A model generated the notes under the pieces. It did no database searches. It was not told the DNA's origin and was given only the letters and a program-made list of their open reading frames with translations. A stretch of DNA of 64,000 bases from assembly GCA_013265495.1 (NCBI GenBank), contig MU058213.1, forward strand, positions 4,650,001-4,714,000. Reading direction: 5' to 3'. Every line of letters begins with the position of its first letter. The stretch's first letter is position 1. The position numbers and the translations under genes were made by a program. Of the stretch, positions 50,585 through 61,688 are shown one piece after another. Origin of the DNA: Vicugna vicugna (lineage: Eukaryota).

Positions 50585-51040
50585 TGTAGTAGTTTTTGCT
50601 ACATAATGTTGCTGTGTAACGAACAATCCTTGACCTCAGTGCCTTACAACCACAGGCATTGGTTGGGTGTGGTTTGGTGGACCGAGGCTGGCCTAAGGTG
50701 GGCCAGGCTAGATTTCAGGCTTCTGTCTGCCAGCTCTATTCCATGTATGCTTATTCTACGGCCTAGGCTGAAGGGGCAGCGGTTTTGCTGCCCCCAGGGC
50801 ATGCTCATCTTGTGACAGATCATGGTAGCCTAAGAGGGCAGGTGGAAATGCATGAAGCCTTGTTTAGCTTTGGCCCATAACCACTGGTCAGCACAAATCA
50901 CGTGGCCAAGCCCAACATCAGTGCGGTGGGCAAATATACTCAGGCCATTCTCATGGGAGGTTCTGCCAAGTCAGAGAAGGGGGATTTATAACCCCATGAT
51001 AGGGGAGCGGATGCTAAAAACAGTGATTGAATCCATCATA
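50585..51040 (-). mobile_element. MLT1H/I-like MaLR LTR
   Basis: 'gctgtgtaacgaacaatcc..ctcagtgccttacaac', 'ggctgaaggggcagc', 'aaatcacgtggccaagcccaacatcagtg'. Confidence 0.7.
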
Positions 51041-51826
51041 GTGGTCGAGAATAAGTGAGATGGATGAGAAAAGTATGAGTTAAACCAGCCTTTTGAAAGC
51101 TTGCTAAACCTAGACCAGTGGGGTAAAGAGAGAGTCTCATGTTTTGTCCAGGTACCAGCCTAGGCCTTGGTAATGACTGTAAGTTAGCCTGGCGTGCATG
51201 GACTTTCAGCTCAATGTCAGTTCACGTTCATTCACTACAGCCGTGCTCCTGGGAGTTGCACTTACCTGTGGGTGTAGCCGGGTTTCCTTCTGGTCAGCTC
51301 CTGACCTGACAGGGGTGACAGGGAGAATGGGGAGGGCCAATGTATCCAAGGAAGTCAGGGGCTTGGCTTACACTTCGCATGGCCCCCTCTTGGCAGAGGT
51401 CTGTGGGAATCAGCCTAACTCCCACCTCCAATTGTCTGTTACGGTTTCTCATCAGGCTCTTCGTGCACTCTGCCCCTATCTTTATAAGGATTCTGGGCCT
51501 TAGTTTCAGGAGTCCTGCTTTTACCTTTGAAGAAATAGTCTGGTTGACTTCTGCCAGCTGACTCACAAGTAGCAAATCCAAACTAGATCATCCAGTTTCC
51601 AGTCTAGTGTTGTCCTTCCACACCCTGGTGACTGCCGCAGCCCAGCAGAGTTATGATGGCTCTAAGGCATTAGAGTATATCCTGGTCCAGTGGGGAAGTG
51701 TCTACTTTCCTGAAGGAGCCAGATGGACCTTGCACTGATGTGCAGGGATGCCTCAGAAGGAGCAGAATGAGATATTGGCCAAGGGTAAACAGTCTTTGTG
51801 TCACCTTTTTGCAATATGTCTTTTTT

Positions 51827-51964
51827 TTGCGGGGGGTGGGGTGGGTAATTAGGTTTATTTATTGATTTATTATGATTAGTTTTTTAATAGAGGTACTGGG
51901 GATTGAACCTAGGACCTTGTGCATGCTAAGCATGCACTCTATCCCTGAACTATATCTTCCCCCT
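51827..51964 (-). mobile_element. Vic-1-like SINE
   Basis: Reverse complement head 'gaggtactggggattgaacctaggaccttgtgcatgctaagcatgcactcta'; TSD caatatgtcttttt (51812-51825) / caatgtgtcttttt (51965-51978). Confidence 0.9.
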
Positions 51965-52164
51965 CAATGTGTCTTTTTTGGGAAGGGAAAGAGCTGCTAG
52001 ACTCTCCAAGGAAGGAAAGGTTTTGGCTATTAAGAGAAAACTCACTGAGAATAGATGGGACTAAAACCCCCTGAAGTCAAGTCTGTGAGGAGACAAACTC
52101 TCTTATGTGCCGTGGGTGGGGTTATGAATCCAGTGGCCTTCTTCTGGAGAACAGTTTGGCAATG

Positions 52165-52698
52165 GGAAGACTTTTCACCTGGAAGTAAACAATTAAAAGT
52201 GATTTAAATAGTAAGGATATTTGTTAGCTCATGTAAACAAGAAGTCCAAAGTTAGGGCAGTTTAGCGGTTAATTAATGGAAGATCTAGATATGTTTGCTC
52301 TTTGCCAGCCTCAGTGTTTGACATTTGTCCTCAAGCTTGGCTCCTCATGGTCCCAGTGTGGCCATGGCTGCTTCAACCATCATATTCTCATATGCAGTGA
52401 TGTGTGATGTCCAGGAGCAGGAAAAGAGGAAAGCAGAGAAAACCTTTGCTAGAAGCTCCCTGTAGAACTTCTCCAGTGCCCCCTTGACACAACTGGGTCA
52501 GATGCCCACTTTGCAACCAGTGACTGGCATGGAGAGATGGGGACCCCATAGCTTGCTTAGACCAGTCTTGGGGCTAGATAGGGGCCAGCTTTCCCTGAGA
52601 CATGTGGGCGCTGGGAGGAGATGGAACAAAACTGGGCTTTGCTGGCCAGAGGGAAAGGGACAGTGGCTATGGGTAGGTAGCCACTGGTGTCTTCCATA
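52165..52698 (-). mobile_element. MLT1K-like MaLR LTR, flanked by old L1ME-like sequence
   Basis: 'gctcatgtaaacaagaagtcca', 'ctcatggtc..atggctgc', 'aactgggtcagatgcccac..aaccagtgactggca'. Confidence 0.7.
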
Positions 52699-53032
52699 GC
52701 ATTACCTTTCAGAACTAAAAATGTCCATACTCTGACTCAGCCCTGCCACAATTAGGAATTTAGCTTATGAATATACCTGTGAAAGTCTGCTGATAAACAT
52801 ACAGAGATACTCATTGCAGCATTATAATAGCATAACACTAGAAAGAATCTAAATGTCTTTCAAGGGGACTGGTTTAAGAAATTAATGAATGAGCACATTA
52901 TGGAATTGGGCAAATCTGTAAGTACTGATAAAGAAAAATTCACAAAATATACTTTTTTTTTTTTAAGAAAGCAAGATTTAAATTAGATCTATTCTAAGAT
53001 CTCGTTTTTGTTGTAAGAAAGTCTTAATTCTT

Positions 53033-53166
53033 TTATTTTTTTGGCTGGGGAGGGAGATAATTAAGTTTATTTATTTATTCACTTTTAGTGGAGGTACTGG
53101 GGATTGAATCCAGGATCTCATGCATGCTAAGCGTGTACTCTACCACTTGAGCTATACCCTCCGCCC
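53033..53166 (-). mobile_element. Vic-1-like SINE with perfect 17-bp TSD
   Basis: TSD agaaagtcttaattctt at 53016-53032 and 53167-53183; tRNA-like head on the minus strand. Confidence 0.92.
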
Positions 53167-54422
53167 AGAAAGTCTTAATTCTTGATTGCAAATATAAACC
53201 TCTGGAAGAAGTCCCAAGAAACATGTTTGTTTCTGGGCTGTGGAATTGGTGGTGTGGTTGGGAGGGAAATTTTCTTTTTCATTTTATGCGCTTCTTGACT
53301 ATTTGAATTTGATAAAAACCACTGAATGTATTAGCTTTATAATAATTAAAAAGTGATAGGTGTTTTCTTAGTGTGCACAGGGGCTTAAGGAGAGGAAATG
53401 AGGGCCCTAACGTGGCCATTATCAGAAGTGTGGTGGTGGTGAGGGAATGAGAGTGCCATTTGTCTGTGTGTGATTGCTGTGAAGGGAGGCTCTGGAAAGA
53501 AAAAAGTCCAGGAGTGAAATCAGGTTATTTTTTAATCTCCCTTGGCACCTGGCACGGTGTCTTTCATATAGTAGAGTCGAATACATATTTGAAGAATGAA
53601 TGAATGTTTCGATCGAGACCCAGAGCAACTTTATGAAGTGCCAAAGCCCAATCAAGTGGCACAAGTCAGCAAGAAAGTGGATTCTGCTGGAGGTTTTAGT
53701 TCGCGAGTAATATATGACTGCCATCAAACTTTTCCCTTGAGCTCCCAGAATCTGATTCATTGCTAAGAATCAGCCTGAGTCTGCAACTTTATATTCATCA
53801 TTCATCTCAGACCGAAGCCTGCTGTGCCAGGTTCCAGATAATAACGCTGAATAAGGTTTTCACAGCCAAGGGAAGAGCAAAGACAGGAACCACCATTGTG
53901 CATTAGCTGTTTATAGATGTGGCTTCAGTGAAGGGGTATCTGGGTGCCCTAAAGTCCGTGAAGAACAGAATGAGCTGTTATTTTGTAAGCAAAATGAGGT
54001 GTTTTGATACCCTAGACTAATACATAAGAAAATTGCTATCTTAATCATGTCACTCTGATAACAGGGAAAAAGCACAGATAAGAGTAGTGAGATAGGAATT
54101 TTGGATCTGATTGGCCAGCGTTGGTAGAAAAGTGTGAATGTGCCTGTTGATGAAATGAAAGAGTTGTATGTAGTCATCTTTTCAAGCATAATTCTCGTCC
54201 ACATAGAAAAGCAGAGGCATATGGCTATTGAAAAGCCTTTTTATTAGTGGGGGTGGGGGGAAGGAAAGTGGGGTGCTACCATTATGTTGTGCCAATATTC
54301 TTCATAATTCCTTTGCTTGAGGGTTCTCTCTCTCTGAGGCTGATCCTTGTAAATCAAAGAAAGAATGTTGTAACAGACATTTCCACCGAGTTGCTTTTAA
54401 CTTTTATACCCTTGGGTTTTAG

Positions 54423-54492
54423 CATTTAGCCCTTCTGTAATGGCCACCGGATGCCCACGCTGTTCAGACAATGATGATATCGTTGAGCTATG
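54423..54492 (+). other. Candidate 70-nt internal (5'UTR or start-codon) exon
   Basis: Branch-like TTAAC near 54397-54401, pyrimidine-rich run, TTTTAG acceptor (AG 54421-22), donor ATG|GTAAGA at 54492/54493; unique sequence with retained CpGs. Confidence 0.5.
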
Positions 54493-55064
54493 GTAAGATC
54501 ATTTCCTTTGGAACAAAATGAAAAGCTTTCTGTGCTCACAATTGGAGGAAAATGTAAAATTTTAGTCAGCCTCCTCTGCTACAGGTTGAAAAGTGTCCAT
54601 GTTCGAACATCATCCACTTTGTGGCTCAAATATGCCGTGGAAAGGTTCCAGTGTGTTTTTGAAACACTGAAAGAAAATATGCCTTTTTGATGTTTCTTTT
54701 TAAAATGGGTCCTTAGAAATATTTGGAAGAAGCATAATATTTCACACTTTTGTTGGTATTATTTGGGGATCAAAAGAACCTGGGATGAAAAAAAAAAAAG
54801 ACCCTGGGATGATTGGTACATTATGTTCTAGAGTGATTTAAATTATTTATGAGAGAGGGAGAGTGGGGAGAGAGGGGTGGTTTGCGTGTGTGCATGGATA
54901 TACCCACAAAACTGCAAGTGTTTATGCTTACTTGACATAATCTTAGTATACCTCTTCCTCTGGTTTTTAGACAGTCTGTCCTATATCTGCAAAATCTGTG
55001 ATTAAATTTTATAATTTTAGATGAATTCTGTATCTACGTTTGAAAATATAATAAGAATTAATGG

Positions 55065-55267
55065 TAGTAACACTTTTATAGCACTCGGTAGTGCTTGGCA
55101 CTGTTTTATGCAGTTAACATCTATTAACTCATTTAGTCCTTATAATAACCATATTATTGTCCCATTTTACAGTTGAGGAAACTGAGGCACAGAGAGATTA
55201 AGTAACTTGTCCAAGGTGATACAGCTCGTAAGTGGTGGGGGTAGGTTCAGATCTAGGCAGTCTGTCT
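55065..55267 (-). mobile_element. MIR SINE
   Basis: Well-preserved core 'cccattttacagttgaggaaactgaggcacagagagattaagtaacttgtccaaggt'. Confidence 0.9.
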
Positions 55268-56019
55268 TTCCTTAGTTGAAAGCAAATTAGAAATTAATTG
55301 AAGCAAAAATTTGTGAGATATGAGTCATTACTAATCTTGGTTAACCTTCTAAATTGGAAACTTCTATGTGTTTATATAGTGTTTGATTTGACTAGAATAG
55401 TCTTGTGTAGTCTTAGTCCTTTGCTTCATGACCAGCATTTTAAGTTACTTTACACAGCAGGCATATATTTGAAAAATTATTTTAGTTGTAAATCTGAAAT
55501 ATATTAAAGGACAGTAAATTTAGCCAGTCAACATGAAAATCTTTTAACAGAGAGTTACTTGTCTTCCTCTCTTTCCTTAGGGAAGAAAGATGAGCTCTTT
55601 CAGTTCCCAAATGGCTCCTCAATTTAAAATGAATTATTCCACCGAAATGAATAGTCTTTTTACTCTTGCAGAAAGCAGTTCCCTCTTCCAGAACCTAAAG
55701 CCATTTTTCTCTCCAATAGTCTGGGATTAATCCTGATGTGTGACTCCTGCCAGTTTCCTTTCTTTGAAACCTCAGCAGCAACCAACTAGGGATTCCTTCT
55801 GCTCCTTGAAATAAATGCTGTGTTGGTGTTCTCCGTAGACAACTTCTGAGTGCCCAGGTCTCAGCCTGCACTTGTGGCCTTGAGTAGTTGATAAGAACAG
55901 AGCTGGGAGACATGGTGTCACAGTGATTAAGAACTTAGAGTTTAGAGCAGCGCCTGGTAATGTGCAGTAAGACCTCAGATGTTTGCCCTGAGACTGTTGC
56001 TACGGATTGTGCTTTTGCC

Positions 56020-56175
56020 TTGTGCTGGGTACTCTCTTGAACACTCTACGTGCATTGCCTAATTTAATTCTCAGCCCTGTTTACATATGTAGAAACTGAA
56101 GCTTAGAGAGGTTAAGAAATTTGTCCAAGGCCATACAGCTAGTAAGCAGTTAGAGCTATGGTGCAAACCTAGCTT
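56020..56175 (-). mobile_element. MIR SINE
   Basis: 'agaaactgaagcttagagaggttaagaaatttgtccaaggccatacagctagtaag'. Confidence 0.8.
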
Positions 56176-56229
56176 TTTAATTTTTGTTTAAAGAGGAGAA
56201 GCGCAGAAGTGAAAAATGTATACTGTTGT

Positions 56230-56830
56230 CCAGAAGTTTTCTCATGCTTCCTCCCAGTCATTGTTCCTTGACAGAGATCACCACTATCTAGTTTCTATCA
56301 CCAGAGGTAAATTTGGATTGTTCTTGGACTTCATAAAAATGGAATCATATTCACATAGTATGTAACTCTTTTGTGTCTGGCTTTTTTCATTCCACATCAT
56401 GTTTGAAATTCATCAGTGGATTTGCACATAGCAGTGATTTGTTTCTCATTGCTAAATACATTGCTAAATTTTCATTGTATATTTCATTGTATGACTGTAT
56501 CTTGATAACTGATTTATCTGCTTTTAATGGACTTTGGAGTTGTTTTTGGTTCTTGGCTGTTATTAATAGTGTTACATTCTTGTGTATGTATGGAGGTTCT
56601 TCGGGTATATATCTAGGAGTGGAATTACTGGGTCTTCTTATATATGGAACTGCGGTCGGTCCTGTGAAACAGTGTTCCAATAGTGGTTGTACCGGCGGAC
56701 ACTCCCAACTAGCAGTGAGTGAGTTTTCATGGCTCCAGTGTCACCACTTGGTATTGTGTGTCATCTTCATTTTAGTCGTTCTGGTGAGTGCGTAGTGGAA
56801 CTGTGTTGTACTCGGTTTTGACTCAGCAAA
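56230..56830 (-). mobile_element. L1ME-type fragment
   Basis: 'ttcataaaaatggaatcata', 'ttttgtgtctggctttttt', 'atctaggagtggaattactgggtc'. Confidence 0.75.
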
Positions 56831-58890
56831 TGCTTATTGTAAAACATTTGGAAAATGCGAAAAAGTATGAGATGAAATTTAAAACTGTTTTTAGTTCTAC
56901 CATCAAGATAAACAGCTGTTAATATTTGGGTGTATTTCCTCTCTTTTGTGCTACATATTTGTATGTATATGTATGCTAAACCCCAAATTGGATGTGTTGC
57001 ATGCAAGCAAGCTACCGTTAAATGTGGTATTGTGGGTGCCTATATAATAAAATAGGAAGGCAGTTAATGGAAGGCCCAGGAATAGTCCTAGGGGTATTGT
57101 GAGTGTGCATAATACTGCCATTTTCCTATTATATTTGGAGGAAGAGGGAAAGGAGAGAGAGGAAGCCAGCATTTATTGTGCACCTGCCCTGCTCCGGGCA
57201 CTGTGGTGCTGGGAAGTGCTGCTCGTTTTCAGAGTAGACCTGAGCCCTGTGAGAAAGTGTAACCCCCTGGCAGCTGTCTGATGTACAGCATGTTTGAAAG
57301 TAAGTCTTATTTCACACCTAGTAACTGAGCATGTTGGAATACTGGGCTCATGTCATAGTGTAAATTGAGGTTAATCAAAGTGGCAGGTTGTTTGCCCAGT
57401 TTCAAAGGTACACAGACCTCTATTGTTTTCACTCACTTGAACGTCAACACAGAGAACAACATTTTGAATGGAGAATACTTAATTATTTGGTGCATAGGCT
57501 TCATATTTTTAACAATTGTTCACTTTCCTTCAAATGCATTAAATCCATCTGTTTGTTGTTGTTAAACATGGAATCTAATCTCAGAATCCTAATTATACTC
57601 TATTTTTGAATAGTTTGCATTATTGATTGAAATGTTGGTTGGTTAGTGTTTTGAAAAGTGGAACCTTGTTCTTTGAAGCTATGCTCAATCTCCTGAAGAC
57701 CTGGGGCTGGTTTTTGTTGCCAGTAAAAATCCTTTGGGGAGAGAACAGGAAGTTCACAGTGCTGCAATCCTGAATTTACTCTATACGTTCATGACAATCG
57801 GTAGAGATCTCTTGGCTTTCTCTTAAGCACAGAGGCTATGGAATCTTTCTATGGAGGACTGGCCTACAGTAAAGTTCTCTCATGTGAGTGTAAGTTAATT
57901 TTGGGTGTCTGTGGGAATTATTTTCCAGGATAATGACTACATAGTCTAATGGCTTTAAAAATAAAACCAGAATTCATAAAACTTTTTTCATTAAATACAA
58001 CTGAAATAAAAAAGTAATAGATGAATTGTAGAACATTTTGGGCAATTAGGTATTTCATATGAGTTCATTTTCCCTAATTTTCAAAGTTTATTTCTTCAAG
58101 TGGTAAGACTAAATATTTAGTTTTTTGATTGAAATTTCAGTAGGGACACATTTCCCTGAATTTACCGTTTCATTCTTATTAATTTTACTTATCTGTAGGT
58201 ATCTTCAGAGGCTGCCGGTGCCTCAGTCCTCTTGTTCCTACACTAGCTGTGGAAATGGCTGTGCTTCTAATTCTCATGACTGTTTTTTGTGGCTCTTCTG
58301 TCATCTTCTGTAACTGACACCTTGTTTGCTTCTATGGCAGCTCACACTTCTGTGTTATTGCTTCTATCTGGCGTTGGGTAGGGATTGTAGTTTCCAACTG
58401 TGTAGGGTTGTGTGTAAGAAGAAAAGGAAGAAGGAAACTGATGTTGAATTGTGTTGAGTGTTGGGTGCTGGGTTGCCTGTTGCCTAAAAAGGAAACCGTG
58501 GGCTTCGCAGCACCACTGTTTTGTATGTTCAAAGGCCATTTCAACTTCCATTTATTATTTTTCTTTCTCCTTATTAAAATAAGTTATTTGTAATAAAAAT
58601 TGAAGCACTACAGAAATACATGACTTAAATGGAAAGCACCCTATTTCATCACCTCTAATCATAACTACTCTTAAGAATTTGGTAAACTTTTTTTTACTAT
58701 TTAAGATTTTTATGTAACTTTATACATGGAAGTTATTTTAGAGAAATGAGGCTATTCTTATAATGTATGTCTCTGTACATTATTCTGATACTTTTTAATA
58801 TATCTTTATACTATCCATGGCTGTGTATATAATTAAAAAAATAGTTTCCTGATATTCTGTGATGTGGATATATCATAATTTAGACAACCT

Positions 58891-59056
58891 TCTTTTTTTT
58901 TTAGTATCTTTTTTCTTTTTATTGAACTGTAGCTGATTTACAATATTGTGTTAGTTTCAGGTGTACAGCAAAGTGACTCTTTTACACGTGTGTGTGTGTG
59001 TATGTGTATGTACTCTTTTTCAGATTCTTTTCCATTGTAGATTATTACAAAGTATT
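58891..59056 (-). mobile_element. L1 3' terminus (artiodactyl-type) with internal (TG)n
   Basis: T-tail then 'gctgatttacaatattgtgttagtttcaggtgtacagcaaagtgact'. Confidence 0.8.
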
Positions 59057-59400
59057 AATAGCCAAGCTCCTATTAATGGACATTTGCATTATTATAAATA
59101 CTTTTTATACATGAACTTGTACACTTAGATGTGTGTTTGTATAATTGTAGAATTGCTAGATCACATGATGTGTACGTTGAAAATTTGGTATTGTCTGCCT
59201 TAAATGTACCAGTGTGTACTTTTGTTCCCCAACTCTTATCAGAGGCTGTTTCTGTGCATCTCCTGGTGTTTTCAAAGCACAAATTGAGAGTCTGGAGTGT
59301 CAGCTGAGGTTTTTTTGAGTTTCAGTTTTTAGTCAAAAGAGAGACCTTTATTTCATGGATGTAAGGGCCAAGAAAGAGGAGAAATAGATTTTCTTCTGTC

Positions 59401-59460
59401 AGGAAGAGAGAAAGAAGAGGAGGAGGAGGAGGAGGAGGAATGAAATGAAGAAAGAGAAGG
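59401..59460. repeat. Polypurine tract including (GGA)n
   Basis: Direct reading. Confidence 0.9.
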
Positions 59461-59659
59461 CACCAGGGGAAACACACGTCTTTTCACCACAAGCAGATCC
59501 CTCGTGTGCCCTCTGGTCCCTGGGTGCGGCAAATTCTAGGCTCGCCCAGGGGTCTTCCTGCAGTCTTTGTTTCCCTTCTCACATTCAGCTAATGCCCTTA
59601 TCCCGAAATGGATAAGCTCTGGGTACCTGGAGCCCACCATTTCCCTTGAGGACATCCAT

Positions 59660-60060
59660 CATGGGTCTTGATTTTTAGCAATAGAAACTAACCCTGGTAG
59701 ATTTAAGTGGAGAGAGTGTACGATGAGGATGCTGTAAGGCTCACAGAACTGCTGGGGAGGTGGGAACCAGACTGTGGGAATGGGCCGGGACCCAGGGAAG
59801 CCAGGCAGGTAGGACCACTGCCTGGTCCCGCCACGGGCACGCTCTGATGAGGATATGTATCCAGCAGCCCACCCTGCACTCAGGACACTGGCCACCTGCT
59901 CCTCGCTAGTGGGGACAGAGATGAGAGTTTTGCCGTTTCAGTCCTACCAGTTGATGGTGGACCTGTCTCACCTGGATTCTCCTGCATTTGGTCGGGAATC
60001 CCCAACGTTGGAAGTGATGGCGTTCCCACCTGGGGTGTGGCTCACTTCCAGCCTCTGTCC
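59660..60060 (-). mobile_element. Possible very old MLT1 (L/M/N-like) LTR
   Basis: 'gcaatagaaactaaccctggtagatttaag', 'ggctcacagaactgctggg'. Confidence 0.4.
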
Positions 60061-60596
60061 TTTCTCCCTGGCAGGTCCCTCTTGCCTCCCTCCCTAAAGT
60101 CTTTGAGATCTCAGAGCAGGGGACTATATAATATAGATGCACAGATACAGATTCATGCACACATGCAATACATACATATTCATTTCAAAATCACTCCTTG
60201 AGTTCCCCACTTCAGGTGGCATTGCAGTGCCAAGAAGCATGCTTTCTTGAGGATATTGGAGCTGACTATAGGGGCAGGGGTGTGGCAGACAGTTGCTTGT
60301 ACCATGCTTGCTGGTGGGTAGGTAACTATAGTTTAGATAGAGATTGGATCTAGCCTGGAAACTAAGATCTCTGTAGGATGATTGACTGGTCTGATTGTGT
60401 TTGGAAGTTCTGGAGGCCCAGATTCAAACTCTTCAGAGGGGTGATTTCAGGAAAAAAGAGGACCAGATTATGAGTGAAGAGAGAGCTAGATTCTAGCCCT
60501 AGTTCTGCTGACAACTAATAGGGACCTTGGACAGGTCATATGACTGTTTTTAATTGTCTCATGTTTGAAATGAGGGTTTGGATAAAGTTACAGTTT

Positions 60597-60736
60597 GTTT
60601 GTTTTTAATTATATATTTATTTTTGGGGATAAGGGGTGGTAATTAGGTTTATTTTTAGAGGAGGCACTGGGGATTGAACCTAGGACCTCATGCATGCTAA
60701 GCACGCACTCTACCACTTGAGCGATACCCCCCCACC
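60597..60736 (-). mobile_element. Vic-1-like SINE
   Basis: 'ggtaattaggtttatt..ggggattgaacctaggacctcatgcatgctaagcacgcactctaccac'; degenerate TSD aagttacagttt / aagtaactgttt. Confidence 0.9.
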
Positions 60737-60781
60737 AAGTAACTGTTTTTGAACAAGATTACCCATCAGAGGAATGACCTG

Positions 60782-60784
<3 letters not shown>

Positions 60785-60813
<29 letters not shown>
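60785..60813. repeat. (TG)n microsatellite within a MER5-like element (~60745-60920)
   Basis: Direct reading; flanks include 'aaggctcccaagtgattctga'. Confidence 0.85.
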
Positions 60814-60815
<2 letters not shown>

Positions 60816-61183
60816 ACAGTCTTTTAAGCCTCAACTCTAAACCATCTGTCAGAATTTCCAAAAGTGGGTCTTAGGGATTTGTGTTGTTCAAAGGCTCCCA
60901 AGTGATTCTGAAGGAGCCACAGTTCTGAAGGCCTGAGAAACTTCCTTACCAACTGTAAAGTTTCATGAAATACATTCAATTCAATGGTGGATGGTTCTGG
61001 AAAGTTGGGTTTATTACTTGTTCAAAACACCTCCAACTTAATAAAGTTTTTAGTTTCCCTGAAGAATAATGTCATTTGAGCCTTCATTCATCAATACCTT
61101 TTCTTTTTTCTGCTACCAACTCTGTTAAACTTAGTAGAGCTCCAAATTGGCTCATCTTCAAATTCTCTTTTTTAATGCATTCT

Positions 61184-61688
61184 GTGGCAAAGATGGCTAA
61201 TTTTATATCCAGTATCTGTTCTACCGTTGTTCCTCAGTAACCAAAAGCCTCATTTTTTTTTAGGGGTTGGTAGTGTACCAAGCTAAAAGACTATTTCCCA
61301 GCCTCTCTTTCTCCTGGATCTGGGCCAGTGATTTAGGCTTTAGTGAGTGAAAGGTGAAGTGTTATGTGTGGGCTTTTGGGAAGGTTCCAGGGACTAACTT
61401 GAAGGGACAGTGCACCCCTTTTGCTTTTTCCCTGCCTTTCTACCTACTGCTTGGAACATGGGTGCAGTGGCTGAAATCCAGCAGCCACCTTGGATCATGA
61501 GGTAACTGTGACAGTAAAAGCCATGCTCTGGGTAAGTAGAGCACAAAGAAAGGAGGAACCTGGATCCCTGATGACCATGGAGCCGTGATACCAGGCCTAG
61601 ACTGCTTACCTCCATAATTCTTCCTTATTGTTTAAGCCAAAGTTATTTTGTGTTTTCCATTTTATGCTACTGAACCGAACCTAACTGA
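61184..61688 (+). mobile_element. MLT1J-like MaLR solo LTR
   Basis: 'gctaaaagactatttcccagcctc', 'cagcagccaccttggatcatgagg', 'ggaacctggatccctgatgaccatggagc', 'ttgtttaagcca'. Confidence 0.8.

Noticed and set aside
54471..54560. C/D box snoRNA suggested by ATGATGA
   Set aside because: No CTGA D box at a suitable distance and no terminal stem
55581..55730. Exon or short ORF after a good acceptor (ctctttccttag|G)
   Set aside because: No convincing donor; the peptide MSSFSSQMAPQF... is not recognisable
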